Below, piece by piece: positions 44,799 through 52,497 of a stretch of 64,000 nucleotides of DNA (position 1 is the first letter of the stretch; each line of letters starts with the position of its first letter). Location of the stretch: assembly GCA_033580815.1 (NCBI GenBank), contig JAVQUC010000002.1, positions 91,150 to 155,149 of the forward strand, in the 5' to 3' direction. This DNA comes from Candidatus Caldarchaeum sp. GTDB taxonomy: Archaea; Thermoproteota; Nitrososphaeria_A; Caldarchaeales; Caldarchaeaceae. The translations under genes were made by a program, and so were the position numbers. The notes under the pieces are model-generated. The model was not told the origin of the DNA, searched no databases, and saw nothing but the letters and a program-made list of their open reading frames with translations.

Positions 44799-47057
44799 TC
44801 ACAAATCAGTTGGCTTTATCGGGAGCTTTCTGACCCTTTTTCCCGTGGCGTCGTAAACAGCGTTTGCTATGGCTGCGGCTGTCGGGATGCATCCCGTTTC
44901 GCCGATTCCCTTCGCCCCGTAAGGACCTTCCGGGTCGGGTGTTTCGACAAAAACGGCCTTAATTTCAGGTGTTTCAACCGATGAAGGGAGGAGGTAGTCC
45001 ATGAAGGAAGCGTTAACAACCCGACCCTTGTCTATTACGAGCTCTTCGTACAAGGCGTAGCCTAACCCCATAGAAACTCCTCCATGCACCTGCCCCTCAG
45101 CCGCCGCCGGGTTGAGAATACGGCCTGAATCATGAACTGAAACAACCTTCAACACCTTGACCGACTTCGTTTCAGGGTCGACTTCAACCAATGCCGCCTG
45201 AGCGCCGAAAACATACGTCGCCGAGATGTTTCCCATCCATTTTTCGTCCTGCATCTCGGTTGGTGGGTCGTAGTAGTCCGTGACGATAACGTTGCTTCCA
45301 CCTTGTCTGAAATGGATTCTCCGCACGAGCTTGTCGAACTCAATTTTCTTTGACGGAAGGGTTCGGTCGTATACGATTCCTCTGTCGAACACGAGTTTGT
45401 CCGCCGAAGTATGCAGCTCTTCCGCTGCAGCTTTACAAAGAATTTCTTTCGCCTTCCGTGCCGCGCGCAACGCCGAATTGCCTGCTACGAAGGTCGCCCT
45501 ACTTGCATGGGTGCCGACGTCCCAAGGCCTGATTGATGCATCATCGTTGATTATCCGGATTTTTCCGACATCTACGCCCAATTCCTCCGCCACGATCTGT
45601 GCGATGGCCGTGTCGCTCCCTGTTCCTATGTCCGTGGAACCTGTTACGACGGTTACGAGCCCAAAATCATCTATCGAGATTATGGTGCCGCATCCGTCGG
45701 AGCGGTACACCCGTGCGCCCCCTCCGACATGGAAGAAAGCACCGAACCCAATCCCGCGGTTCAGACCGGCCATCCCCCTCCCTCTCCAACCAATCAGCTG
45801 CGCAGCTCTCCGGAGACATTCTCGGAGTTCGCAAGTCGTTATTTTCATGCCTTGAGGCGTTACCGAGTTTGGTCTGTTGGCGTTGAGGATTCGGAATTCG
45901 ACAGGGTCCATTCCCAGCTCTTCAGCGAGGGAGTCCATTTGCTGTTCGATGGCGAAAGTTATCTGTGGGTTTCCGGCTCCTCTTTGAGTTCCCGTGTATG
46001 GGTTGTTCGTGTAAACGACCGTTGCCTCGAACCGGACATGGGGCACGTCATATAAACCCGATGTTGTCGCCATCATGACCCGCGCGTCAAATGGTCCCCA
46101 TGACACGTAAGCTCCAGCGTCAAGCACAACACGGGCTTCTCGAGCCAATAACCTTCCATCTCTGTCCGCGGCGGTGCGCATGTAGATTACGGCGGGCTGA
46201 CGAGGCGGGGCATACTGGATTTCCTCTTCGCGGCTGAAAATCAGTTTCACCGGTCTCCTGGTCTTAATTGAAAGGGCGACTGCAATGGGGTCCAGCGGAT
46301 AAACGTCCATCCCCCTTCCAAAGGCACCCCCGATTTCAGGTTGGATAACACGTATCTTCGCCGCGTTTATTCCCGTTATTTTGGCGAGTTCGTGGCGATA
46401 TAAGAAAGGCGCTTGAGTATTCGTGTAAACAATCAGTTCACCCGACTCATTATAATGAGCGATCACCCCCATGGTTCCAAGCGGTGAAGCGTTCGTGTAC
46501 TGAACCTGATATCTATCAGAAACCACAGCATATGCTCTTTGAAAAATTTCATCGAAAGCTTCTTGCTCAATGTTTGAGAATTTCATTTTGAGGTCGACGA
46601 TGTTGCTGCCGTTTTCTTCGTGTACAAGCGGTGAGCTTGGCTTCATCGCCTCCATCGGGTCGAAAACCCCTTCGAGCGGCTCGTACTCAACTTCGATTGC
46701 TTCGACCGCTTCCTCGGCGGCCTCAGGCGTTTCGGCAGCAACGGCCGCCAGTTCGTCTCGCACCGAACGGACTTTCCCGGTTTTGAGCGGAGGCTGGTCC
46801 TGCAAAATTCCCATATTCTTCATCGGAGTGTCGTAACCGGTTATCACTGCTCTGACTCCAGGAACTTTCCAAGCTCTTTCCGTGTTTATGCGTACGATTT
46901 TCGCGTGGGGATGAACGCTTCTAAGAATTTTTCCATAAAGCATGTTAGGAAGCTCCAAGTCATCGATGTAGCGAGCCAAACCACGGACTTTGGCGACGCC
47001 GTCAACCTTCGGAACCGATTTCCCAACGAGGCGGTACTGTTCAGCGTAAGCCAGCAC
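44799..47057 (-). CDS. Xanthine dehydrogenase/aldehyde oxidase-family molybdopterin-binding large subunit
   Basis: VGKSVPKVDGVAKVRGLARYIDD N-terminus, then GGAFGRG and a later GETG region. GTG 47057 lies about 28 nt downstream of a TTTATAC box. The ORF track start 47216 would overlap the divergent aminotransferase gene. Confidence 0.82.
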   Translation of the reverse strand: MLAYAEQYRLVGKSVPKVDGVAKVRGLARYIDDLELPNMLYGKILRSVHPHAKIVRINTERAWKVPGVRAVITGYDTPMKNMGILQDQPPLKTGKVRSVRDELAAVAAETPEAAEEAVEAIEVEYEPLEGVFDPMEAMKPSSPLVHEENGSNIVDLKMKFSNIEQEAFDEIFQRAYAVVSDRYQVQYTNASPLGTMGVIAHYNESGELIVYTNTQAPFLYRHELAKITGINAAKIRVIQPEIGGAFGRGMDVYPLDPIAVALSIKTRRPVKLIFSREEEIQYAPPRQPAVIYMRTAADRDGRLLAREARVVLDAGAYVSWGPFDARVMMATTSGLYDVPHVRFEATVVYTNNPYTGTQRGAGNPQITFAIEQQMDSLAEELGMDPVEFRILNANRPNSVTPQGMKITTCELRECLRRAAQLIGWRGRGMAGLNRGIGFGAFFHVGGGARVYRSDGCGTIISIDDFGLVTVVTGSTDIGTGSDTAIAQIVAEELGVDVGKIRIINDDASIRPWDVGTHASRATFVAGNSALRAARKAKEILCKAAAEELHTSADKLVFDRGIVYDRTLPSKKIEFDKLVRRIHFRQGGSNVIVTDYYDPPTEMQDEKWMGNISATYVFGAQAALVEVDPETKSVKVLKVVSVHDSGRILNPAAAEGQVHGGVSMGLGYALYEELVIDKGRVVNASFMDYLLPSSVETPEIKAVFVETPDPEGPYGAKGIGETGCIPTAAAIANAVYDATGKRVRKLPIKPTDL

Positions 47058-47081
47058 GAAAAGTTTGAGGGACCGGACAGG

Positions 47082-47088
47082 TTTATAC
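47082..47088 (-). promoter_or_regulatory. TATA box candidate for the XDH-family gene
   Basis: The plus strand reads TTTATAC (GTATAAA on the minus strand), centred about 28 nt upstream of GTG 47057. Confidence 0.3.
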
Positions 47089-47200
47089 TTGTCGCATGCA
47101 ACAGACGTATGATGACAACCCGCCGAACGTCTTTGGATGACCGGAATACATTTAAAATTAAGACCATTCGCATACGAGAAGGGGTAATTCAGATTTGTTG

Positions 47201-48337
47201 ATGATTCCGGGTCCAACAGAAATTCACGAAAGAGTAATCCGTGCCATGGCTCGGCAGATGATAGATCATCGTTCGGAAGAGTTTAGGATGCTGATGAAAG
47301 GGCTTGTAGAGAAACTGCGAAAAATCCTTGAAACAAATTCAGACATTTATGTGCTAACCTCTTCGGGAACTGGAGGAGTTGAAGCTGCGGCCGCTAACCT
47401 CACCATGCCCGGGGATAAGGTCCTAATACTTTCGGCAGGGCTTTTCGCTGAAAGAATGGCTGAGGCCTTCGCAGCCTACGGAGCGAACGTCATCAGACAT
47501 CAGCTGGAAAACGGGACGGGACCAAACCCGGAAGTTGTGAAAACACTGCTCGAAAAGCACCCAGACGCAGCCATCGTTGGCTTTCCCTACAACGAAACAT
47601 CGACCGGTATCATCTCCCGGGACGTTAAGGAAATCGGAAAAATATGTTCTGAAAGAGGTGTGTTGCTGGTCACTGATGCTGTTACTGCTGTTGGAGGAGT
47701 TAGGGTAGCGGTCGACGAGTACAACATTGATATGTGCATCACCGGGACGCAGAAATGCCTCGCAACACCGCCGGGACTGGCGGTCGTGACAGTTTCTAAA
47801 CGAGCCTGGGAAAAAATTGAGAAGAAGAAGCTGAGGCCTCCGTATTTCGACCTAGTCAAATACCGACATTTCATGGAGAGATGGGAAACACCGTTCACTC
47901 CAGCCATCACCCTGTTTTGGGCCTTCGACGAAGCCTTGAACATTATCCACGAAGTCGGGTTCGATAAATGGCTCGGCCGACATGCCGCAGGAGCCGCAGG
48001 ACTATATGCTGGCCTCCGAACCTACAACCTCGAACTTTACGCTGGACGCGGCTACGAATCACCTATAGTTGCAGCCATGCACATCCCCCCAGGTCTGACC
48101 GACTCCGCCATACGCGAAACCATGAAAAAGCAGTATGGAATCGAGATAGCCGGAGGCCTCGCACATTATAAAGGCAAGATGTTCCGGATCGCGAACATAG
48201 GGCTAATCAGCCGAGAAAAAATAGTCAACACAATATTCGCCCTAGGAAAAACACTCCAGCATCTCGGATTAGATGTCAACCCGGCCGGCGCAGTCGAAAA
48301 CGCTGAGAAAGAATTCGACCGCTTCTGGCCTGGCTAA
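47201..48337 (+). CDS. Class V PLP aminotransferase (serine-pyruvate/alanine-glyoxylate/phosphoserine type)
   Basis: MIPGPTE N-terminus and TGTQKCL with the PLP lysine. About 378 aa. Confidence 0.85.
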   Translation: MIPGPTEIHERVIRAMARQMIDHRSEEFRMLMKGLVEKLRKILETNSDIYVLTSSGTGGVEAAAANLTMPGDKVLILSAGLFAERMAEAFAAYGANVIRHQLENGTGPNPEVVKTLLEKHPDAAIVGFPYNETSTGIISRDVKEIGKICSERGVLLVTDAVTAVGGVRVAVDEYNIDMCITGTQKCLATPPGLAVVTVSKRAWEKIEKKKLRPPYFDLVKYRHFMERWETPFTPAITLFWAFDEALNIIHEVGFDKWLGRHAAGAAGLYAGLRTYNLELYAGRGYESPIVAAMHIPPGLTDSAIRETMKKQYGIEIAGGLAHYKGKMFRIANIGLISREKIVNTIFALGKTLQHLGLDVNPAGAVENAEKEFDRFWPG

Positions 48338-48340
48338 GAA

Positions 48341-48763
48341 TTGCAGGTCGGGCAAGAGTTCATCACACGCGAACGCATCATAACCGGTTCAGACATCGAA
48401 GTTTTCGCATCAATCACCTGGGCGGCTAACCCACTGTTTCTCAGCGACAGACACGCGAGAGAAAGAGGTTTCGAGTCTAGAATCGCGCCTGGAGCGCTCG
48501 TTTTCTCCTACGCCGTCGGCCTGCTCTACCAGACCGGAGTTTTCGACCACATCAAAGCTTTGGCCGCTGTCGAAAAAATGAAGTTCAAATCACCCACGAT
48601 TTCAGGCGATTCGGTAAAAGTGTTCGCACGAATAATCGAGAAAGAAGAAACATCGGACTAGCAGAACGGCCTAGTCAGGCTTGCAGTCGAATGCATAAAC
48701 ACGACGCGTCAAACGACGGCCTTCACGGCCGAAATGCTGTTCGTAATGATGCGTAAAGTTTAA
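48341..48763 (+). pseudogene. MaoC-like (R)-hydratase hot-dog protein interrupted by an in-frame TAG (48659-48661)
   Basis: Residues 1-106 (VGQEF...DIEVFASITWAANPLFLSDRHARERGFESRIAPGAL) form the N-terminal two-thirds of a MaoC domain. The same frame continues after the TAG as QNGLVRLAVECINTTRQTTAFTAEMLFVMMRKV, the expected last beta strands, ending at TAA 48761-48763. Confidence 0.6.
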
Positions 48764-48788
48764 ACCAGGTTCTCTGATTGATTGTCTC

Positions 48789-49508
48789 GTGGAACACGGA
48801 AGGACGAGGCTCCTTTACCTAGACGATTCGTACTTGACAAATGCATCCGCTGTTGTTGTAGAGGCCGGAGAAGGATGGGTAGTTCTGGACAGGACCTGTT
48901 TTCATCCTCGTGGCGGAGGGCTGGTTTCTGATGTTGGTGAAATCCGATACGGACCAAAGGTTAGCAAAGTGATTGAGGCCGTATTCGGTGAGTCAGGCGT
49001 CGTCCACAACCTCGACGGCCCGGCACCTGAGGTTGGCTCGGTCGTTGAATGTTTTATCGACTGGAACAAGCGTTACAGGTTGATGAGGATGCACACCGGT
49101 CTTCATGTTCTCGCCGCCATAATGGTCGAAAAAACAGGCGCCCTAATAACGGGTAACAACGTTTCATTCGAATCGGCCCGCGTCGATTTCAGCCTCGAAA
49201 CATTTGACAGAGCCGTGATGGAGCAGATAGTTAACGAAACTAATTCGCGATTGGCAGAAGGTCATCAAGTTAAAACCTACTACATGGACAGAGAAAAAGT
49301 TCTGAGCACGCCCGGCATGGTTAAGCTAGCCGGACGTCTGCCCCCGGACGTCCCAAAGCTCCGAATAGTCGAAATCGAGGAACTAGACATCCAGGCAGAC
49401 GGAGGGCCACACGTCCGAAACACAGCCGAAGTCGGCCGAATAGTTCTAACAAAGCTCGAGAACAAGGGAAAAACAAACAGGCGAATGTATTTCGTGGTCA
49501 GCCCTTAA
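48789..49508 (+). CDS. alaX: AlaX-type alanyl-tRNA editing protein
   Basis: LYLDDSYL...VLDRTCFHPRGGGLVSDVG N-terminus, Zn motif MHTGLHVL, and C-terminal GGPHV. Confidence 0.82.
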   Translation: MEHGRTRLLYLDDSYLTNASAVVVEAGEGWVVLDRTCFHPRGGGLVSDVGEIRYGPKVSKVIEAVFGESGVVHNLDGPAPEVGSVVECFIDWNKRYRLMRMHTGLHVLAAIMVEKTGALITGNNVSFESARVDFSLETFDRAVMEQIVNETNSRLAEGHQVKTYYMDREKVLSTPGMVKLAGRLPPDVPKLRIVEIEELDIQADGGPHVRNTAEVGRIVLTKLENKGKTNRRMYFVVSP

Positions 49509-49534
49509 ATAATGCAGACGAATTTTCACGCTGG

Positions 49535-49597
49535 ATGATGAGACTGACCTGTTCGGAGAGCCGGAAAAGGCTCCATGAAGAACATACACCTCTCTGA
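49535..49597 (+). ncRNA. Candidate C/D box sRNA (2'-O-methylation guide)
   Basis: Intergenic. The layout is C box ATGATGA (49535-41), a 12-nt guide, D' CGGA (49554-57), a 17-nt spacer forming a GAGCC/GGCTC hairpin, C' ATGAAGA (49575-81), a 12-nt guide, and D box CTGA (49594-97). The 12-nt box spacing is the archaeal hallmark. Confidence 0.5.
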
Positions 49598-49620
49598 AGG
49601 TAGACGTTTTAAACAAGTGC

Positions 49621-50028
49621 TTGAGCAGCATTTACGTGGTAAAGTTAAGCCCTGCCGAACAGAGGTTTGTCGAGTCGAACGAGTTGTGTCGGCTTGCGAC
49701 TGCTGACGAGAAAGGACAGCCTCACGTAGTCCCCGTAGCTTACATTTTCATCGAAAACAAATTCTACATCGCCACTGATTACGGCACCAAAAAGCTGTCA
49801 AACATCAAGAAAAACAACAAGGTTTCGCTGGTGATAGACCGTTACAAACCCAACAAGGCCGTGCTGGTTCTTGGAGAAGCATCGATCATCGAGAAAGGCC
49901 AGCAGTACCGTGAAATTTACGAAAAATTTTACGAGAAGTTTTCATGGGTTAGGAAAAACCCGTGGAACGAAGGAGAGGCTCCGTTCATCGTAGTCAAGCC
50001 GTTAAGGGTGGTTTCATGGGGGTTGTAG
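49621..50028 (+). CDS. Pyridoxamine 5'-phosphate oxidase-family (split-barrel flavin/F420-binding) protein
   Basis: 135 aa with LCRLATADEKGQPHVVPVAYIF...KFYIATDYGTKKLSNIKKNNKVSLVID, typical of the PPOX-class family. Confidence 0.78.
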   Translation: MSSIYVVKLSPAEQRFVESNELCRLATADEKGQPHVVPVAYIFIENKFYIATDYGTKKLSNIKKNNKVSLVIDRYKPNKAVLVLGEASIIEKGQQYREIYEKFYEKFSWVRKNPWNEGEAPFIVVKPLRVVSWGL

Positions 50029-50075
50029 CTGGAATCAGCTTATAGAGAGGCGCCCTTACGAGTTCGTGAGCTGGT

Positions 50076-50291
50076 TTGATTTCGCCGGGAAAATGGTCGG
50101 AAGAACAGAAAATCGAGGTTCTCCGCTCAAGCGTGGGAAACGTAATGATAAACCTCAAGATTATCGCAAACAGCCATCTCGCCCACCAGCTAGGCCTCAT
50201 CGACGACAACGACAGACAAATCCTGTTGAAAGCCGCTGACGTTGCGCTTGCGATAATGAAGAGAGGGAAGGAAAAAGGTATTTTCAAGTAG
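50076..50291 (+). CDS. Small hypothetical protein (weak call)
   Basis: 71 codons from a TTG start, helical-looking, no recognisable motif. An equally long antisense ORF exists, and coding status is unproven. Confidence 0.25.
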   Translation: MISPGKWSEEQKIEVLRSSVGNVMINLKIIANSHLAHQLGLIDDNDRQILLKAADVALAIMKRGKEKGIFK

Positions 50292-50311
50292 GGTTTAACC
50301 GCGGAATTAAG

Positions 50312-50320
50312 CTTATTTAT
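50312..50320 (+). promoter_or_regulatory. TATA box candidate for the amidohydrolase gene
   Basis: CTTATTTAT is centred about 28 nt upstream of GTG 50344. Confidence 0.35.
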
Positions 50321-50343
50321 CGTCTACGACCAATGACTAAGAT

Positions 50344-51735
50344 GTGACGCGGTATCTAATCAAGGGAGGGTTCGTTGTTCCGGTTGACGGCAGCCGGAGG
50401 ATAATCCGCGACGGCTGCGTCCTCGTTGACGAAGACCGAATCGAAATGGTTGGGCCCCGTGAAGAAGTTCTCCCGTTTTCAGCTAGAGCTGAGGTCGTGG
50501 ATGCGCAGGGATGTCTGGTGATTCCAGGGCTAATCGACACCCATGTTCACTTGGCCCAAGCCCTCCTGAGAGGAGTCGTTCCGGACAATTTGACCCTCAT
50601 CCCGTGGCTGAGGGACTGGGTTTGGCGATTTTTAGGAGTTTATGACCATGAAGACGCTAAAGCGAGCGCGGCACTCTGCATCCTCGAAATGCTCAAGACC
50701 GGCACGACAGCCTTCATAGAGATTCACCTGCATTCACGGTATGGGTTCGACGGTATTGCTGAGCTCGTAAAAAAATCAGGCATACGAGGGGTCTTGTCAA
50801 AGACAATCATGGACATGAAAGGGTATGCAACTGAGGAAAACATAATGCCTCCGTCCATGATTGAAGACGGCGACGCATGTATAAGGGAATTCAAGGAAAT
50901 GCATCGAAGATGGAATGGACAGGCTGACGGACGCATCGATGTATGGCTTGGCTTGAGAAGCGCCGGCGCGGTTTCGGACAAGCTTTTCTACGAAGCCGCG
51001 GAACTCGCGAAAGAGTATGACACGGGAATTACGAACCATGTTGCTGAAGTCAGAGAGGACCTTGAGTTTTATCGAAAAGCCTACAACACGGGAGTAGCGG
51101 GATATCTCGAAAAATTCAACATGCTAGGCGAAAAACGCGTCTACGCCCACTGCGTCTGGCTCAATGAGGAAGACATGAGGAAGTTTGCAGAAACTGGCAC
51201 AACAGTCGCTCATTGTCCATCATCGAACATGAAGCTGGGGTCTGGAATAGCACCTGTTTCGGACATGTTACGCCTCGGCGTCAACGTTGGTCTCGGATGC
51301 GATGGTGGGCCGAGCAACGACAGCTACGACATGATACGTGAGATGAAGATGGCTGCATGCCTCCAGAAGGTAAGGACGTTGGACCCGCGAGTCATTTCTG
51401 TCTGGGATGTGTTGACGATGGCCACACGTAACGGAGCCCGGGCCATGGGTAAACTCAACATGCTGGGAAGCATCGAAAAGGGCAAAAAAGCTGACCTAGT
51501 CATCGTTAGTCTGAAAAGACCGTCCGTGACACCTTTGTCGAACCCGCTGTCGCTGCTCGTTTACGCGGCTTGCGGGGAAGATGTTCGTGATGTCATGATA
51601 GACGGAAAATTCGTCGTACGGAATAAAAAAGTCATTACGCTGGACGAGGAAAGAATCATCGAACAAGCTAACAAGCATCTCGAAAGAATTGTCTCAAAAG
51701 TAGACCCAAAACTGGACCTTTTCTCAACGATGTGA
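50344..51735 (+). CDS. Metal-dependent amidohydrolase, MtaD/ATZ-TRZ family (methylthioadenosine/SAH or nucleobase deaminase-like)
   Basis: IPGLIDTHVHLAQ, HVAE, HCVWL and GLGCDG metal and catalytic motifs. 463 aa. Confidence 0.82.
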   Translation: MTRYLIKGGFVVPVDGSRRIIRDGCVLVDEDRIEMVGPREEVLPFSARAEVVDAQGCLVIPGLIDTHVHLAQALLRGVVPDNLTLIPWLRDWVWRFLGVYDHEDAKASAALCILEMLKTGTTAFIEIHLHSRYGFDGIAELVKKSGIRGVLSKTIMDMKGYATEENIMPPSMIEDGDACIREFKEMHRRWNGQADGRIDVWLGLRSAGAVSDKLFYEAAELAKEYDTGITNHVAEVREDLEFYRKAYNTGVAGYLEKFNMLGEKRVYAHCVWLNEEDMRKFAETGTTVAHCPSSNMKLGSGIAPVSDMLRLGVNVGLGCDGGPSNDSYDMIREMKMAACLQKVRTLDPRVISVWDVLTMATRNGARAMGKLNMLGSIEKGKKADLVIVSLKRPSVTPLSNPLSLLVYAACGEDVRDVMIDGKFVVRNKKVITLDEERIIEQANKHLERIVSKVDPKLDLFSTM

Positions 51736-51828
51736 GATCAATAGGAAAATTATCGAAAAACTTCAAGTACACGAGCGGAGCAGCAACGCCTATAAAATTG
51801 CTCGGTGTTTTTCGTGCAACAATTGGCG

Positions 51829-51881
51829 GGACCGACAATTCGACCGCTGATGTAATGACAGTATCTATTAATAGTCGGTCC
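51829..51881. repeat. 8-bp perfect inverted repeat GGACCGAC-N37-GTCGGTCC enclosing the PCuAC promoter
   Basis: The arms are at 51829-51836 and 51874-51881. The spacer contains the palindromic TATA-like CTATTAATAG (51865-51874), about 30 nt upstream of ATG 51899. Confidence 0.6.
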
Positions 51882-51898
51882 ATCAAAAATTTTTGTAA

Positions 51899-52375
51899 AT
51901 GAAAATTGCCTACTTTGTCGTGGCCGCTGTTTTGGTGGCTGCAGGTGTGTTAGGCGTGTTTCTGTCGTTTGGCCCCGTCTTGGAAGTTTCGGATGTGGCC
52001 ATGAGGAGGGGAACGCAAGCGGGTGGTATTTTTCTTAACCTGCACAATCGGGGCTTGTTCCGAGATTGTGTCGTGGAAGCTGAGGTGATTGGGGAGGGGC
52101 CGCTTGGTGAAGTTCGGCTGAAAACTGAGCTGCACCGAACCGTGATGGAGGGTGATGTTATGAAGATGGTAAAGGTGGAGAGAATATGCGTTGAGCCCCT
52201 GAGCACTGTCAAGATGCGAGGGGTGGAGGGTGAAGGTTACCACATCATGGTGTTCGGCGACCTAGAAAAGTTTGAGAGCTTCCACGTTCATCTCAAAATG
52301 GAAAGCGGTAGGATTGTTCATTTCGACGTCGCCCCAGAGGGTCATTCAGACCACACCCACGACCATAAACACTGA
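51899..52375 (+). CDS. PCu(A)C-type periplasmic copper chaperone (DUF461) with His-rich tail
   Basis: N-terminal TM anchor, ELHRTVMEGDVMKMVKV...GYHIMVFG (the H-x-n-M-x-M...H-x-M copper motif), and a C-terminal HSDHTHDHKH. Confidence 0.75.
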   Translation: MKIAYFVVAAVLVAAGVLGVFLSFGPVLEVSDVAMRRGTQAGGIFLNLHNRGLFRDCVVEAEVIGEGPLGEVRLKTELHRTVMEGDVMKMVKVERICVEPLSTVKMRGVEGEGYHIMVFGDLEKFESFHVHLKMESGRIVHFDVAPEGHSDHTHDHKH

Positions 52376-52464
52376 ATGGGCACAGGGCAACCATACCGGC
52401 TCAGCGAAACACTCTATCGAAGCAAGAATTGTACCGCTTTTCTGTTAGTGGATGGAAGAGGCAG

Positions 52465-52473
52465 AATATATAT
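52465..52473 (+). promoter_or_regulatory. TATA box candidate for the EF-1alpha gene
   Basis: AATATATAT preceded by purine-rich GGAAGAGGCAG (BRE-like), centred about 29 nt upstream of ATG 52498. Confidence 0.4.
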
Positions 52474-52497
52474 GTCGGAACATAGGTGTTTTTAGCG

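Noticed and set aside
48659-48661. Interpreting the in-frame TAG as evidence that the organism decodes TAG as pyrrolysine genome-wide
   Set aside because: TAG terminates at least seven confident genes in this window at positions matching normal protein C-termini. No pyl genes are visible here, so only a local event, mutation or error remains plausible.
48744-48777. AATGATGC ... CTGA pair resembling C and D boxes downstream of the MaoC gene
   Set aside because: The C box is imperfect (ends GC rather than GA). The boxes are only about 23 nt apart with no internal D'/C' pair, which is too short for an archaeal C/D sRNA, and the region lies within the extended MaoC reading frame.
51668-51886. 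72-aa minus-strand ORF in the amidohydrolase-PCuAC spacer
   Set aside because: It overlaps the amidohydrolase 3' end and has no start-proximal TATA or motif. The region is better explained by the PCuAC promoter and inverted repeat.
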